DNA of 52,895 bases from Escherichia phage LF82-10. Both the position numbers and the translations under genes were made by a program. The DNA lies in the sequence record PV660453; one strand, given 5' to 3'. Positions 44,485-51,927 of this stretch are shown here, piece after piece; the stretch's first letter is position 1; each line of letters starts with the position of its first letter. The notes beneath the pieces were generated by a model that was not told the origin of the DNA, did not search any database, and worked only from the letters and a program-made list of their open reading frames with translations.

Positions 44485-45099
44485 ATGTTTAAATTAGTTC
44501 GCGGCGTAACAACTCCAAATGACATTCTTATCCATGTTGCATCCGGCGCACGCTATGACGTTCCTGACAACACCAAACAGGTTGCAGTAGATCAGGATGG
44601 AGAAATATACGCCTATGAATCCGGCATGGCTAAAGTAGAGCACGGGCACACCGGATGGAGTGATAACGGATATGATGGTTTTGTCAAGTGCATCGGTAAG
44701 ATTCCGAGCGATCAGGAAAACATGCCGAAAGGTGTATTCCCTGGATGGCTGGACTCATTGACAAGCATCGACGCGCTTAAGCTTTCGCCGGAATACGCCC
44801 CGCTAGGCAGTAAGAAAAAGATTGAGATCGCAACACCCGTTCGCATTGGCGGCTCACAACTCCGCGCTCGTGTCACGGAATATCTTGACCGCAAGATGAA
44901 GGATAACGTTGTCGGATCTGTTCGGGCGCGCCACTTCCTTTCTGACATTCGAAGCGAGGGCTTCACGTTCGAGAACTACCGCACAGCCGATCTCGTCCTG
45001 GCTCTGGTTACTATCGGGTGCGATCTCAAGCTGGCTCGTGACTATGCAGCATTCCGCGCCATTGATGATGCGGTTCACTTTGTGCGAGGTGAGGCATGA
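44485..45099 (+). CDS. hypothetical protein
   Basis: 204 aa from ATG 44485, SD GAGGAAG. Confidence 0.45.
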   Translation: MFKLVRGVTTPNDILIHVASGARYDVPDNTKQVAVDQDGEIYAYESGMAKVEHGHTGWSDNGYDGFVKCIGKIPSDQENMPKGVFPGWLDSLTSIDALKLSPEYAPLGSKKKIEIATPVRIGGSQLRARVTEYLDRKMKDNVVGSVRARHFLSDIRSEGFTFENYRTADLVLALVTIGCDLKLARDYAAFRAIDDAVHFVRGEA

Positions 45100-45227
45100 A
45101 CCTAACAACTCTTGAGGCGATCATTGTCGCTACCGCTGGCTTACTCGTTGCTGGCATCATCATTGAGCAAATTGCCTATACCTGGTTGCAGATTGTTAAG
45201 CGCCGGAAGGAGAAAGGTGATGATTAA
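45096..45227 (+). CDS. small hydrophobic peptide (43 aa)
   Basis: ATGA coupling to upstream gene; one TM segment followed by KRRKEK. Confidence 0.3.
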   Translation: MNLTTLEAIIVATAGLLVAGIIIEQIAYTWLQIVKRRKEKGDD

Positions 45228-45324
45228 TGCAATCGGCGCGGCATGTCTTCTTGCTTCCGTCACTGTGGTTGCGGTTGGCGCTGTTTGGCTAATGGCAAAA
45301 ATATTGCGTGAGATTGACGAATAG
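45220..45324 (+). CDS. small hydrophobic peptide (34 aa)
   Basis: ATG overlapping upstream stop; one TM segment; stop TAG embedded in box 45322-45336; alternative is a 70-aa TTG-initiated ORF 45112..45324. Confidence 0.25.
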   Translation: MINAIGAACLLASVTVVAVGAVWLMAKILREIDE

Positions 45325-45336
45325 CACGAATTGCTA
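45322..45336 (+). promoter_or_regulatory. TAGCA-box (TAGCACGAATTGCTA)
   Basis: -10 TATCAT 45359-45364 inside inverted repeat CGGCATG/CATGCCG. Confidence 0.55.
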
Positions 45337-45396
45337 AAACGGCATGGCTCCTGAGTGGTATCATGCCGTTACACCAAACAAACAGGAGTCACCCAA

Positions 45397-45762
45397 ATGA
45401 AAGTTAAATGCATTAGTTCAGACGTTTTGCTTGATGGTTACTACACCCCAGGTAGAGTCTACCGATTAAGGCGAGAAAGGGGCAAAAGCTATAGAACCGT
45501 TAAATCAAACAGAGGCGTTGATCTTGGTGTTATCCACGACCCATTAAAAAGAGGTCGGTTTTTCGTTGCTGGATTTGAACGTTGTGTGTTTGATTCGGCT
45601 CCGCACCGATTCGTGAAGCGCAACCAAAGCGCCGCGCTGGGGCAGATTGAGATCGACTATACGCGATGCAAGCGCAGCATTCGCAATCAGGCTCGCAACA
45701 TCGCAAAAGAGCACTTCTCGTGCGGCAAGCTTGAGAAGATTGCGCGAGGCTATAAGCGATAG
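45397..45762 (+). CDS. hypothetical basic protein (MKVKCI, MKxKC-family)
   Basis: 121 aa from ATG 45397, SD CAGGAG. Confidence 0.45.
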   Translation: MKVKCISSDVLLDGYYTPGRVYRLRRERGKSYRTVKSNRGVDLGVIHDPLKRGRFFVAGFERCVFDSAPHRFVKRNQSAALGQIEIDYTRCKRSIRNQARNIAKEHFSCGKLEKIARGYKR

Positions 45763-45774
45763 CACTTTTTGCTA
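45760..45774 (+). promoter_or_regulatory. TAGCA-box (TAGCACTTTTTGCTA)
   Basis: -10 TATAGT 45797-45802 inside inverted repeat AAGGGCA/TGCCCTT. Confidence 0.55.
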
Positions 45775-45842
45775 AAACTTCCGCAAGGGCATTTGATATA
45801 GTGCCCTTATTGAAGCAGAGCAAACCAATCAGAGGATTCAAC

Positions 45843-46052
45843 ATGGCAATACCAACATTTACCCGTAAGCAGTTTACCGAGTTCTTCCGCCTGGTTAACA
45901 TGAGCGGCAGCCCGCACCAGATGGATCGCATCACTAGCCGCCTTGAAATGCCCAAGTTCGTTGAGGCAGTCGGGCGCAAGAATTGCAATAGCATGTGGGC
46001 GCTGATTAATGGCGGCGTTACACCATCAACCTTAGACCCGGAGATCAAATAA
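45843..46052 (+). CDS. hypothetical protein
   Basis: 69 aa, SD AGAGGA. Confidence 0.4.
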   Translation: MAIPTFTRKQFTEFFRLVNMSGSPHQMDRITSRLEMPKFVEAVGRKNCNSMWALINGGVTPSTLDPEIK

Positions 46053-46417
46053 TGCGCATTCGTTTATTAAACCCGTCAATCTATACCGGAATGGAGCTGA
46101 GCAAATACAACTCAGATCCTATGCACGACGAAAGCAACTACCCGGTTATTGTTGAAGCGTCAGAGAAGGATCACAACGGCTTTGAATTCACAGGCCGGGC
46201 GCATGTAAGCTACAAGGAGCTTGATCGCGTATTCCCATACGGATTCGAGCGCGACAAGTGCGAACCTGGGAAGGGCATTGGCTGGTGGAATAACCCGGTA
46301 AAACGAGACGCTAAAACGCCTCAAATCTCATGGGAGCCAGTATCACCGTTTGACTACTGGAACAAGCTGAAATCATCCCGCCCGGTTGGTGACGTGGTTC
46401 CGGCGGGGTACTTATGA
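46052..46417 (+). CDS. hypothetical protein
   Basis: 121 aa; TAATG coupling. Confidence 0.4.
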   Translation: MRIRLLNPSIYTGMELSKYNSDPMHDESNYPVIVEASEKDHNGFEFTGRAHVSYKELDRVFPYGFERDKCEPGKGIGWWNNPVKRDAKTPQISWEPVSPFDYWNKLKSSRPVGDVVPAGYL

Positions 46418-46665
46418 GAAAATTAACCCGCGATGAGGAGCGTTTTAAATCGTGCCTCAAGAAGTCAAAGCAGAAGGCTATCATCATGGATCGCAACTCA
46501 TCCGGTCAAGCCTTCTGGCATTTCCCGGACGTTGAGCAAACGGGATGGCACCCGGACACTATACGAGATCTCATGCGTGATGATCTTGTTGAGTTCGGGT
46601 TAATGGATAGTGGGCACCCTAACGGACAGCCGCGATACAGTAACGCAAAGTGGATAGGGGGTTGA
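46414..46665 (+). CDS. hypothetical protein
   Basis: 83 aa; ATGA coupling. Confidence 0.4.
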   Translation: MRKLTRDEERFKSCLKKSKQKAIIMDRNSSGQAFWHFPDVEQTGWHPDTIRDLMRDDLVEFGLMDSGHPNGQPRYSNAKWIGG

Positions 46666-46666
46666 T

Positions 46667-46855
46667 ATGCAGATCTACAAATCGCCAGGCGGAGCAAGAT
46701 ATGTCGTTGTTGATGGCGTTGTTTACTGCAAGCCAGCAGATGGAAGCATGGTTTACAGGCCGCGCATGACGGTTGAGCGATATCTTGAGCTTATCGCTGG
46801 CGGTCTTCTGACATTCCATTGCGTTATTCGCCCGGTAATGTTCAAAAAGCACTAA
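46667..46855 (+). CDS. hypothetical protein
   Basis: 62 aa. Confidence 0.35.
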   Translation: MQIYKSPGGARYVVVDGVVYCKPADGSMVYRPRMTVERYLELIAGGLLTFHCVIRPVMFKKH

Positions 46856-46861
46856 TTGCTA
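46847..46861 (+). promoter_or_regulatory. TAGCA-box variant (AAGCACTAATTGCTA)
   Basis: -10 TATAGT 46884-46889 inside inverted repeat AAGAGGCA/TGCCTCTT. Confidence 0.5.
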
Positions 46862-46927
46862 AAACTTGCTAAGAGGCATTTGTTATAGTGCCTCTTGTCG
46901 AGTTAACACAAATACAGAGGATTTGAA

Positions 46928-47632
46928 ATGAGCATTCAACGCTACTACCCTGAAGTGAAGTACACAGTGCGGGAAACTCGCGTTAATATGGCTCCACACG
47001 AGCGCGGAAGCTATGTGACCTATGAATCACACATCGAAGAATTGCGCCGCGTACAGGCCGAATTAGACGCCTTAAAAGCGATGCAAAAAAGCGATTTTTT
47101 CTATCACCTAAAGCCAGTCTTCGAAAAGGCGCTTGAAGAGGCGATTGCTATCGTCGTGAAGCAAGCCAGCCAATCAGTTTTCAAGGTTGACGCTGAGGCG
47201 CTAATTGCTGCTGACGTTGGCCGTTGGATGGAGAAGCACATGAACGAGCGCGCCGGATTTGCAACTGGCAGCCTGTTTGTGGGTGATGTAGAGGTTGATT
47301 TCGACAACAACAAAGTCAAGATCACCGATGCGCTAATCAAGAGCGGCGTTGTGACTGAAAGCGAATTATTCTCTTTCCCTAAGGCACGAAAGAACATTGT
47401 CGTTTGCACAAGCGCCGATGAAGGTAGCGGTTTCACTATTGGAAAGAAATACGCATTCGATCGCAATGAAGGGAACATTATCCGAATCTGCCAGGATGAT
47501 TTTGTTTCAGATCTCGCAGAGGATGATTGCTGGATTGCAAGCCGCCGCCGAAACCTGGTAAGCGGTGAATTCAGATACTTCTTACAGGGGCATACAGAAG
47601 GCAAGCGCGCATCTTTCGAGATCGTTGAATAG
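46928..47632 (+). CDS. hypothetical protein
   Basis: 234 aa; contains internal CT...GKKY motif of the MKxKC family; stop TAG embedded in box. Confidence 0.45.
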   Translation: MSIQRYYPEVKYTVRETRVNMAPHERGSYVTYESHIEELRRVQAELDALKAMQKSDFFYHLKPVFEKALEEAIAIVVKQASQSVFKVDAEALIAADVGRWMEKHMNERAGFATGSLFVGDVEVDFDNNKVKITDALIKSGVVTESELFSFPKARKNIVVCTSADEGSGFTIGKKYAFDRNEGNIIRICQDDFVSDLAEDDCWIASRRRNLVSGEFRYFLQGHTEGKRASFEIVE

Positions 47633-47644
47633 CACGAATTGTTA
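47630..47644 (+). promoter_or_regulatory. TAGCA-box (TAGCACGAATTGTTA)
   Basis: -10 TATCAT 47667-47672 inside inverted repeat GGCATGTG/CATGTGCC. Confidence 0.55.
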
Positions 47645-47702
47645 AACGGGCATGTGTTCCGACTGGTATCATGTGCCAACACAAACAAGCAAGGGGCTTT
47701 AA

Positions 47703-47870
47703 ATGTTCGAAGAAAAGAAACACAGGCCGGAACAAGCTTACTCAAGGGTATCACGCACCGTTAAAGAGCGTAGGCGCTGGGTTAAGTATTTCATGAATCA
47801 AGGCCACACCAGATCGGTTGCGATTGGCCTGGCTAAGTGGGCAACAAACAACTACAACGGGAAAAACTGA
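47703..47870 (+). CDS. hypothetical basic small protein
   Basis: 55 aa; stop overlaps next start; below ORF-track cut-off. Confidence 0.3.
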   Translation: MFEEKKHRPEQAYSRVSRTVKERRRWVKYFMNQGHTRSVAIGLAKWATNNYNGKN

Positions 47871-48502
47871 TGAACTTTCAAATGTACACTATGATCAAGC
47901 ATCACTTACTTACTCATCCAGATCAGCCAGTCTACATCTTCGACTATGACGGCACGCTTTCGGATGGCTCTCACCGACTGGACAAGTTGCCAACAAAAGA
48001 TTTGCACCTCACCGAAAGCTGGGAAGAGTTCAATCGCCTTGCTTCATTCGATGAGCCGATCGAAACAACCATTCAGGTGATGAATTCACTTTATAAGGCT
48101 GGCGCTTTCGTTATCGTGTTAACCGGGCGCGCCGATAGCGTTGTTGAAGAGTCAACACAATGGCTGCATGATGCTGGGGCGAAATATACAGTGATGGTGA
48201 TGCGTGGGCGTGACGACAATCGCAAGGACACGATCATCAAGGAGGAATTCTTGCGCTACATCGGACTTGAGCGAATTACAGCGGCGTGGGATGATAGCCC
48301 AAAAGTGATCGAGCATTTCCGATCGCTGGGCATCACAACCTACCAGGTTTGTGATTATGGCGATAAGACTCACGCGCATCTACAGTCACACGGCGTGAAA
48401 GATGCTGGCGGAGAGTGTGAGCATATTTGGGAGCGTCACAGTATTGGTGACGATTATTATGAATGCTGTGTTTCATGCGGCAGATCAAGAGGCATTAAGT
48501 AA
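47870..48502 (+). CDS. HAD-family phosphatase (T4 Pnk 3'-phosphatase-domain-like)
   Basis: 210 aa; HAD motif I FDYDGTL; later segments (VLTGRAD, RGRDDNRKDTIIKEEF, AWDDSPKVIEHFRSLGITTYQV) resemble the T4 polynucleotide kinase phosphatase domain from memory. Confidence 0.6.
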   Translation: MNFQMYTMIKHHLLTHPDQPVYIFDYDGTLSDGSHRLDKLPTKDLHLTESWEEFNRLASFDEPIETTIQVMNSLYKAGAFVIVLTGRADSVVEESTQWLHDAGAKYTVMVMRGRDDNRKDTIIKEEFLRYIGLERITAAWDDSPKVIEHFRSLGITTYQVCDYGDKTHAHLQSHGVKDAGGECEHIWERHSIGDDYYECCVSCGRSRGIK

Positions 48503-49110
48503 TGGCAACTATCATCATTCTGAATGCGCCGCCGCGCGCCGGGAAAGACACGATCGCGAAAATCATCGACGAGCAATACGGCTTGCCAGTTGTGAGCTTC
48601 AAAACTCCGATGTTCAACATTGCTCGCGGCATCTTGGGCGAAGCGGATTTTAAAGAGTTCATGGCGGTTTACGAAACAGACCGCAAGGACACACAGCCGT
48701 TAAGTATTCTGCATGGCAGCACTTGCCGCGAGTTTATGATCTGGATTAGCGAATCCGTGATTAAGCCTCATTTCGGCAAGAAGCATTTCGGCTGGCTTAT
48801 GGCTGATTTGCTCAGCGAAATGGAGGATGATGTTGATCTCACAATTTGCAGCGATGGCGGGTTCCCGGATGAGGTAGAGGCGTTGATTGACTTCGGGCAC
48901 CGTGTCAAGCTGGTTCGTATGCACCGTGAAGGCTTCGACTTCTCGAAAGATAGCCGTGACTACATCTACCTTTCCGAAGAGTACAAGAGCAAGCCTGGTG
49001 TTGTTGAGTTCGATCTGACATTGCAGGACGGTTGCCCTAATCTGGCTGCTGAGACTATCGCGTCATTGTTCATTGCCCATCATAAACCAGATAACGAGAT
49101 CCCTTGGTAA
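48502..49110 (+). CDS. P-loop kinase (T4 gp1 dNMP-kinase-like)
   Basis: 202 aa; Walker A LNAPPRAGKDT and later ICSDGGFPDEVEA resemble T4 dNMP kinase; start overlaps phosphatase stop (TAATG). Confidence 0.55.
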   Translation: MATIIILNAPPRAGKDTIAKIIDEQYGLPVVSFKTPMFNIARGILGEADFKEFMAVYETDRKDTQPLSILHGSTCREFMIWISESVIKPHFGKKHFGWLMADLLSEMEDDVDLTICSDGGFPDEVEALIDFGHRVKLVRMHREGFDFSKDSRDYIYLSEEYKSKPGVVEFDLTLQDGCPNLAAETIASLFIAHHKPDNEIPW

Positions 49111-49111
49111 A

Positions 49112-49126
49112 TAGCACTTTTTGTTA
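49112..49126 (+). promoter_or_regulatory. TAGCA-box (TAGCACTTTTTGTTA) fused to terminator-like hairpin
   Basis: 41 bp identical (inverted) to 37282-37322; hairpin CCCGCTTCGGCGGG 49129-49142 then TTTTGTTATTC. Confidence 0.5.
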
Positions 49127-49183
49127 AACCCGCTTCGGCGGGTTTTGTTATTCTTGCTTTAACGAAACGAAATGGAGTGAAGA

Positions 49184-49414
49184 ATGAAAACTTTATCAGA
49201 GCTGAAGTCGATCGCGGCTGACTTGCAGGAGCGAATGAAGCCACTAAACCACAAGCTGGAAAACTCGCGCATTACTATAGCCTCAAGAATGTCTATCGAG
49301 TGCTCACTGCGCGAACTTAAAATCATGTGGCATGATGCCATGTGCGACGTTCACGCTCACCCTGAGTACGAAGGTGAGTTTAAATTCCAGAAAGAAAACA
49401 ACCCATACCGATAA
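49184..49414 (+). CDS. hypothetical protein
   Basis: 76 aa. Confidence 0.4.
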   Translation: MKTLSELKSIAADLQERMKPLNHKLENSRITIASRMSIECSLRELKIMWHDAMCDVHAHPEYEGEFKFQKENNPYR

Positions 49415-49424
49415 GGATTCAATA

Positions 49425-49721
49425 ATGAACACTATCAAAAAGTTGACTCCAAACATGGCAACCAAAATCAAGTACGAGATCCCGGAGGATGGCACATTCT
49501 TAGCCGTCTGGACTTATCGCGAGATCCCGTACTCCGGTACTTATCAATGGCGAAACGGCGAGCTTGCCGTGTGGGTTGATGGCGTTGGCTGGGAAATTGC
49601 CGGGCATGGAGCGGCGGAGGACTATTACGATTTCAACTGCCTCGTGTCTATGGCTAGTGGTGAGAATTACGGCGGTGCTTGTCACTTTGTTGCGGTTGTA
49701 GTGGTTGAGGAAACAGCGTGA
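49425..49721 (+). CDS. hypothetical protein
   Basis: 98 aa from in-frame ATG (MNTIKK...). Confidence 0.4.
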   Translation: MNTIKKLTPNMATKIKYEIPEDGTFLAVWTYREIPYSGTYQWRNGELAVWVDGVGWEIAGHGAAEDYYDFNCLVSMASGENYGGACHFVAVVVVEETA

Positions 49722-49891
49722 AGACTTTTATTATTTTCCTAGTTGGCGCTTGCATGGTTAGCGTTTCTGATAACTTCACAGTTTTCGTTGGCGCTGCGAT
49801 GGTGTCGTGGGCTTACTACCGATGCGGAAAGGCTGACGGAATAGCGGAAGGTAAACGCCAGGCGCTGGCATCCGGCACTAAGTTAAAGTAG
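49718..49891 (+). CDS. small membrane protein (GTG start)
   Basis: 57 aa, two hydrophobic segments; GTGA overlap with upstream stop; TAG embedded in box 49889-49903. Confidence 0.25.
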   Translation: MKTFIIFLVGACMVSVSDNFTVFVGAAMVSWAYYRCGKADGIAEGKRQALASGTKLK

Positions 49892-49903
49892 CACGATTTG
49901 TTA
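49889..49903 (+). promoter_or_regulatory. TAGCA-box (TAGCACGATTTGTTA)
   Basis: -10 TGGTATAAT 49923-49931 inside inverted repeat GGGGAT/ATCCCC. Confidence 0.55.
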
Positions 49904-49961
49904 AAAGGGGATTCGTCCTGACTGGTATAATCCCCACATCAACCAAGCAGAGGAAACGATC

Positions 49962-50414
49962 ATGAAATTAGTTTGCACATCATCACGCGTCAAAAGCTTC
50001 ACCGTTGGAAAGAAATATGAAAGCCGCACAGTCGAGCATTACGGAATTGTTACGCACGAGGTGGACGGAGACACCGCTTGCGGCTGGGTGATTAACGATG
50101 GCCTGAGCATTTGCGGAGCTGATCACTCAAACCCAATGGCAACTTTCCGCAAGGATAAGAGCATGATGAAGATGCTTGTTCGCGCATTCGTATTGGTTGC
50201 AAAGGCTCGCGGTTGGGGTGATAGCAAGAGCGGGGCTTACAAATCCTGGAGCGGCACACCTTACAAAAACTCCAGAGATTGGGCGCGAGCTATTGCCTTC
50301 AGCTACGATGTTGGGAGTGTTGCGCGCGAGATAATTGATGAAGATCCTAACGTGAAACTCATCGACCAGGAAGCGGTAAACCTGTTTGCCGAAAACGAGA
50401 TCGACAACTGGTAA
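49962..50414 (+). CDS. hypothetical protein (MKLVCT, MKxKC-family)
   Basis: 150 aa; SD GAGGAA. Confidence 0.45.
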   Translation: MKLVCTSSRVKSFTVGKKYESRTVEHYGIVTHEVDGDTACGWVINDGLSICGADHSNPMATFRKDKSMMKMLVRAFVLVAKARGWGDSKSGAYKSWSGTPYKNSRDWARAIAFSYDVGSVAREIIDEDPNVKLIDQEAVNLFAENEIDNW

Positions 50415-50476
50415 TTTGCGCAAGGCCGTTTATAATAGCGGCCTTACTCAGACAAACCAATCAGAAGGAAATCACC

Positions 50477-50905
50477 ATGAAATTACGTTGCACATTCCTT
50501 GAGCCAGCTTTCGCAAAAGCTCTGGCTGAGTTCTACACCATCGGCAAAACTTACGCCGCATCCATCAAGCCGGGATCAAAGGTTGGCGCTGTGCTGGTGG
50601 AGTCAAACGAAGGCAATGAAGGCGATCAGCTTGCAGCAGTTCCGAGCCGCTCAGGGTTCGAGGTTCAAATTAAGAACCAAATTCCGATCGCAAAGTTCGA
50701 GGTTGTTGGCAAGCGTGCGGTGAAGCTTGTTAAGACTGAGAAGCGCGTAACGCTGAAACTTGATGGCGTGGGGAAATCAGATAAGCGCCGATTCCGCCGT
50801 GTTTGCCGCCAGTATCGAAAGTTGAAATTCATCAACCCTGGATTCTATTATGATCTGGAATCCGATCGCCACATGGCTAAACTTGCGCGACATCACCGCC
50901 GATAG
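50477..50905 (+). CDS. hypothetical basic protein (MKLRCT, MKxKC-family)
   Basis: 142 aa; SD AGAAGGAA. Confidence 0.45.
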   Translation: MKLRCTFLEPAFAKALAEFYTIGKTYAASIKPGSKVGAVLVESNEGNEGDQLAAVPSRSGFEVQIKNQIPIAKFEVVGKRAVKLVKTEKRVTLKLDGVGKSDKRRFRRVCRQYRKLKFINPGFYYDLESDRHMAKLARHHRR

Positions 50906-50917
50906 CACTTTTTGCTA
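50903..50917 (+). promoter_or_regulatory. TAGCA-box (TAGCACTTTTTGCTA)
   Basis: -10 TATAGT 50940-50945 inside inverted repeat CGGGGTT/AACCCCATCG. Confidence 0.55.
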
Positions 50918-50978
50918 AAACTCGAAATCGGGGTTGCGATATAGTAACCCCATCGAAACGCAACGGAGCAAACGAAAA

Positions 50979-51209
50979 ATGAAAAAGTACCCAACTGCGA
51001 TGATTATCCGCACCACTAACCGCGTAGAAGCCGATGCACTCACCCTGGCCGAATGTGGTTTCAAGGTTGGTGATATCATCGAGCTTGACGGATGCTACTG
51101 CGACGGCACAGCAAGTGCAAAAGCGATTCGCGAAGGGCTTGGGATTCGCGTAGGCGATAACGTCAGCCTTGAGGCTTGCGAATATGTTGTTGTGGAGGGT
51201 TCTATATGA
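50979..51209 (+). CDS. hypothetical protein
   Basis: 76 aa from in-frame ATG (MKKYPT...). Confidence 0.4.
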   Translation: MKKYPTAMIIRTTNRVEADALTLAECGFKVGDIIELDGCYCDGTASAKAIREGLGIRVGDNVSLEACEYVVVEGSI

Positions 51210-51511
51210 TTTGGGTTCACACTTACGGCGTGGGCAAGTTCGGCAAGCGCATTATAAAAACCATCCACGAGAGCGCCGAAAGCGCTGAGGACTCACAAAA
51301 AGTCCTTGGTGGAACGGTTGAGCAGTTCATGAGCACAGAAGAGGTTGCGATCGAGAAATACCATATCGCCAACGCTGCGCGCCAGGAAGTTAGCGATATC
51401 ATTGACGACTTCAGCAAGCACGATCCGGCATCCTACGGTTCGCCGGGATGGGATGCGAAAAAGCTGAAGGCGTGCAACATGATCAACCAGATTATCGAAG
51501 GGGATTTTTGA
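51206..51511 (+). CDS. hypothetical protein
   Basis: 101 aa; ATGA coupling. Confidence 0.4.
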   Translation: MIWVHTYGVGKFGKRIIKTIHESAESAEDSQKVLGGTVEQFMSTEEVAIEKYHIANAARQEVSDIIDDFSKHDPASYGSPGWDAKKLKACNMINQIIEGDF

Positions 51512-51745
51512 ATGTTCGGACTGAGTGAGCCGCACTGGAACATAGTTAAGAGCCAGGCGCGAAAGCTGAATGAAGCGGTTAAAGCAATGCCGGAGAAAGA
51601 TCGCAAAAATGACCGCCTGATGATTCAGGTTATCGACAAGCATCACCAGCCGATCGCCACCATCATTGAGCGCTTGAAATTCACTTGGACGGCTGGATAT
51701 TTAGCCGGGCGCGTGGGAAATAAAACTAACGGAGATTATGAGTAA
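51512..51745 (+). CDS. hypothetical protein
   Basis: 77 aa. Confidence 0.4.
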   Translation: MFGLSEPHWNIVKSQARKLNEAVKAMPEKDRKNDRLMIQVIDKHHQPIATIIERLKFTWTAGYLAGRVGNKTNGDYE

Positions 51746-51927
51746 TGGCAGGATTTGACAGCACGAAAAAAGACGCTACGCAAGAAGAGTGGAAGGAACA
51801 GCTTGATTGCATCGTCGAACTAAACGGCTACAACCCTGATTTCATCCCTGATTCATGGCTTGATGCATATGATGGCGGCGCTGAAGTGGCTGATTTCTTT
51901 TACGATAACTATGACTCGGAGGAATAA
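51745..51927 (+). CDS. highly acidic small protein
   Basis: 60 aa, ~30% Asp/Glu with aromatic residues; TAATG coupling. Confidence 0.4.
   Translation: MAGFDSTKKDATQEEWKEQLDCIVELNGYNPDFIPDSWLDAYDGGAEVADFFYDNYDSEE

Noticed and set aside
22233-50917. Reading the 3' half of the box (TTGYTA) as a plain sigma70 -35 hexamer
   Set aside because: Distance to the -10 hexamer is consistently about 22 bp, well outside the 16-18 bp window for sigma70; kept only as an alternative if spacer hairpin extrusion shortens the effective distance.
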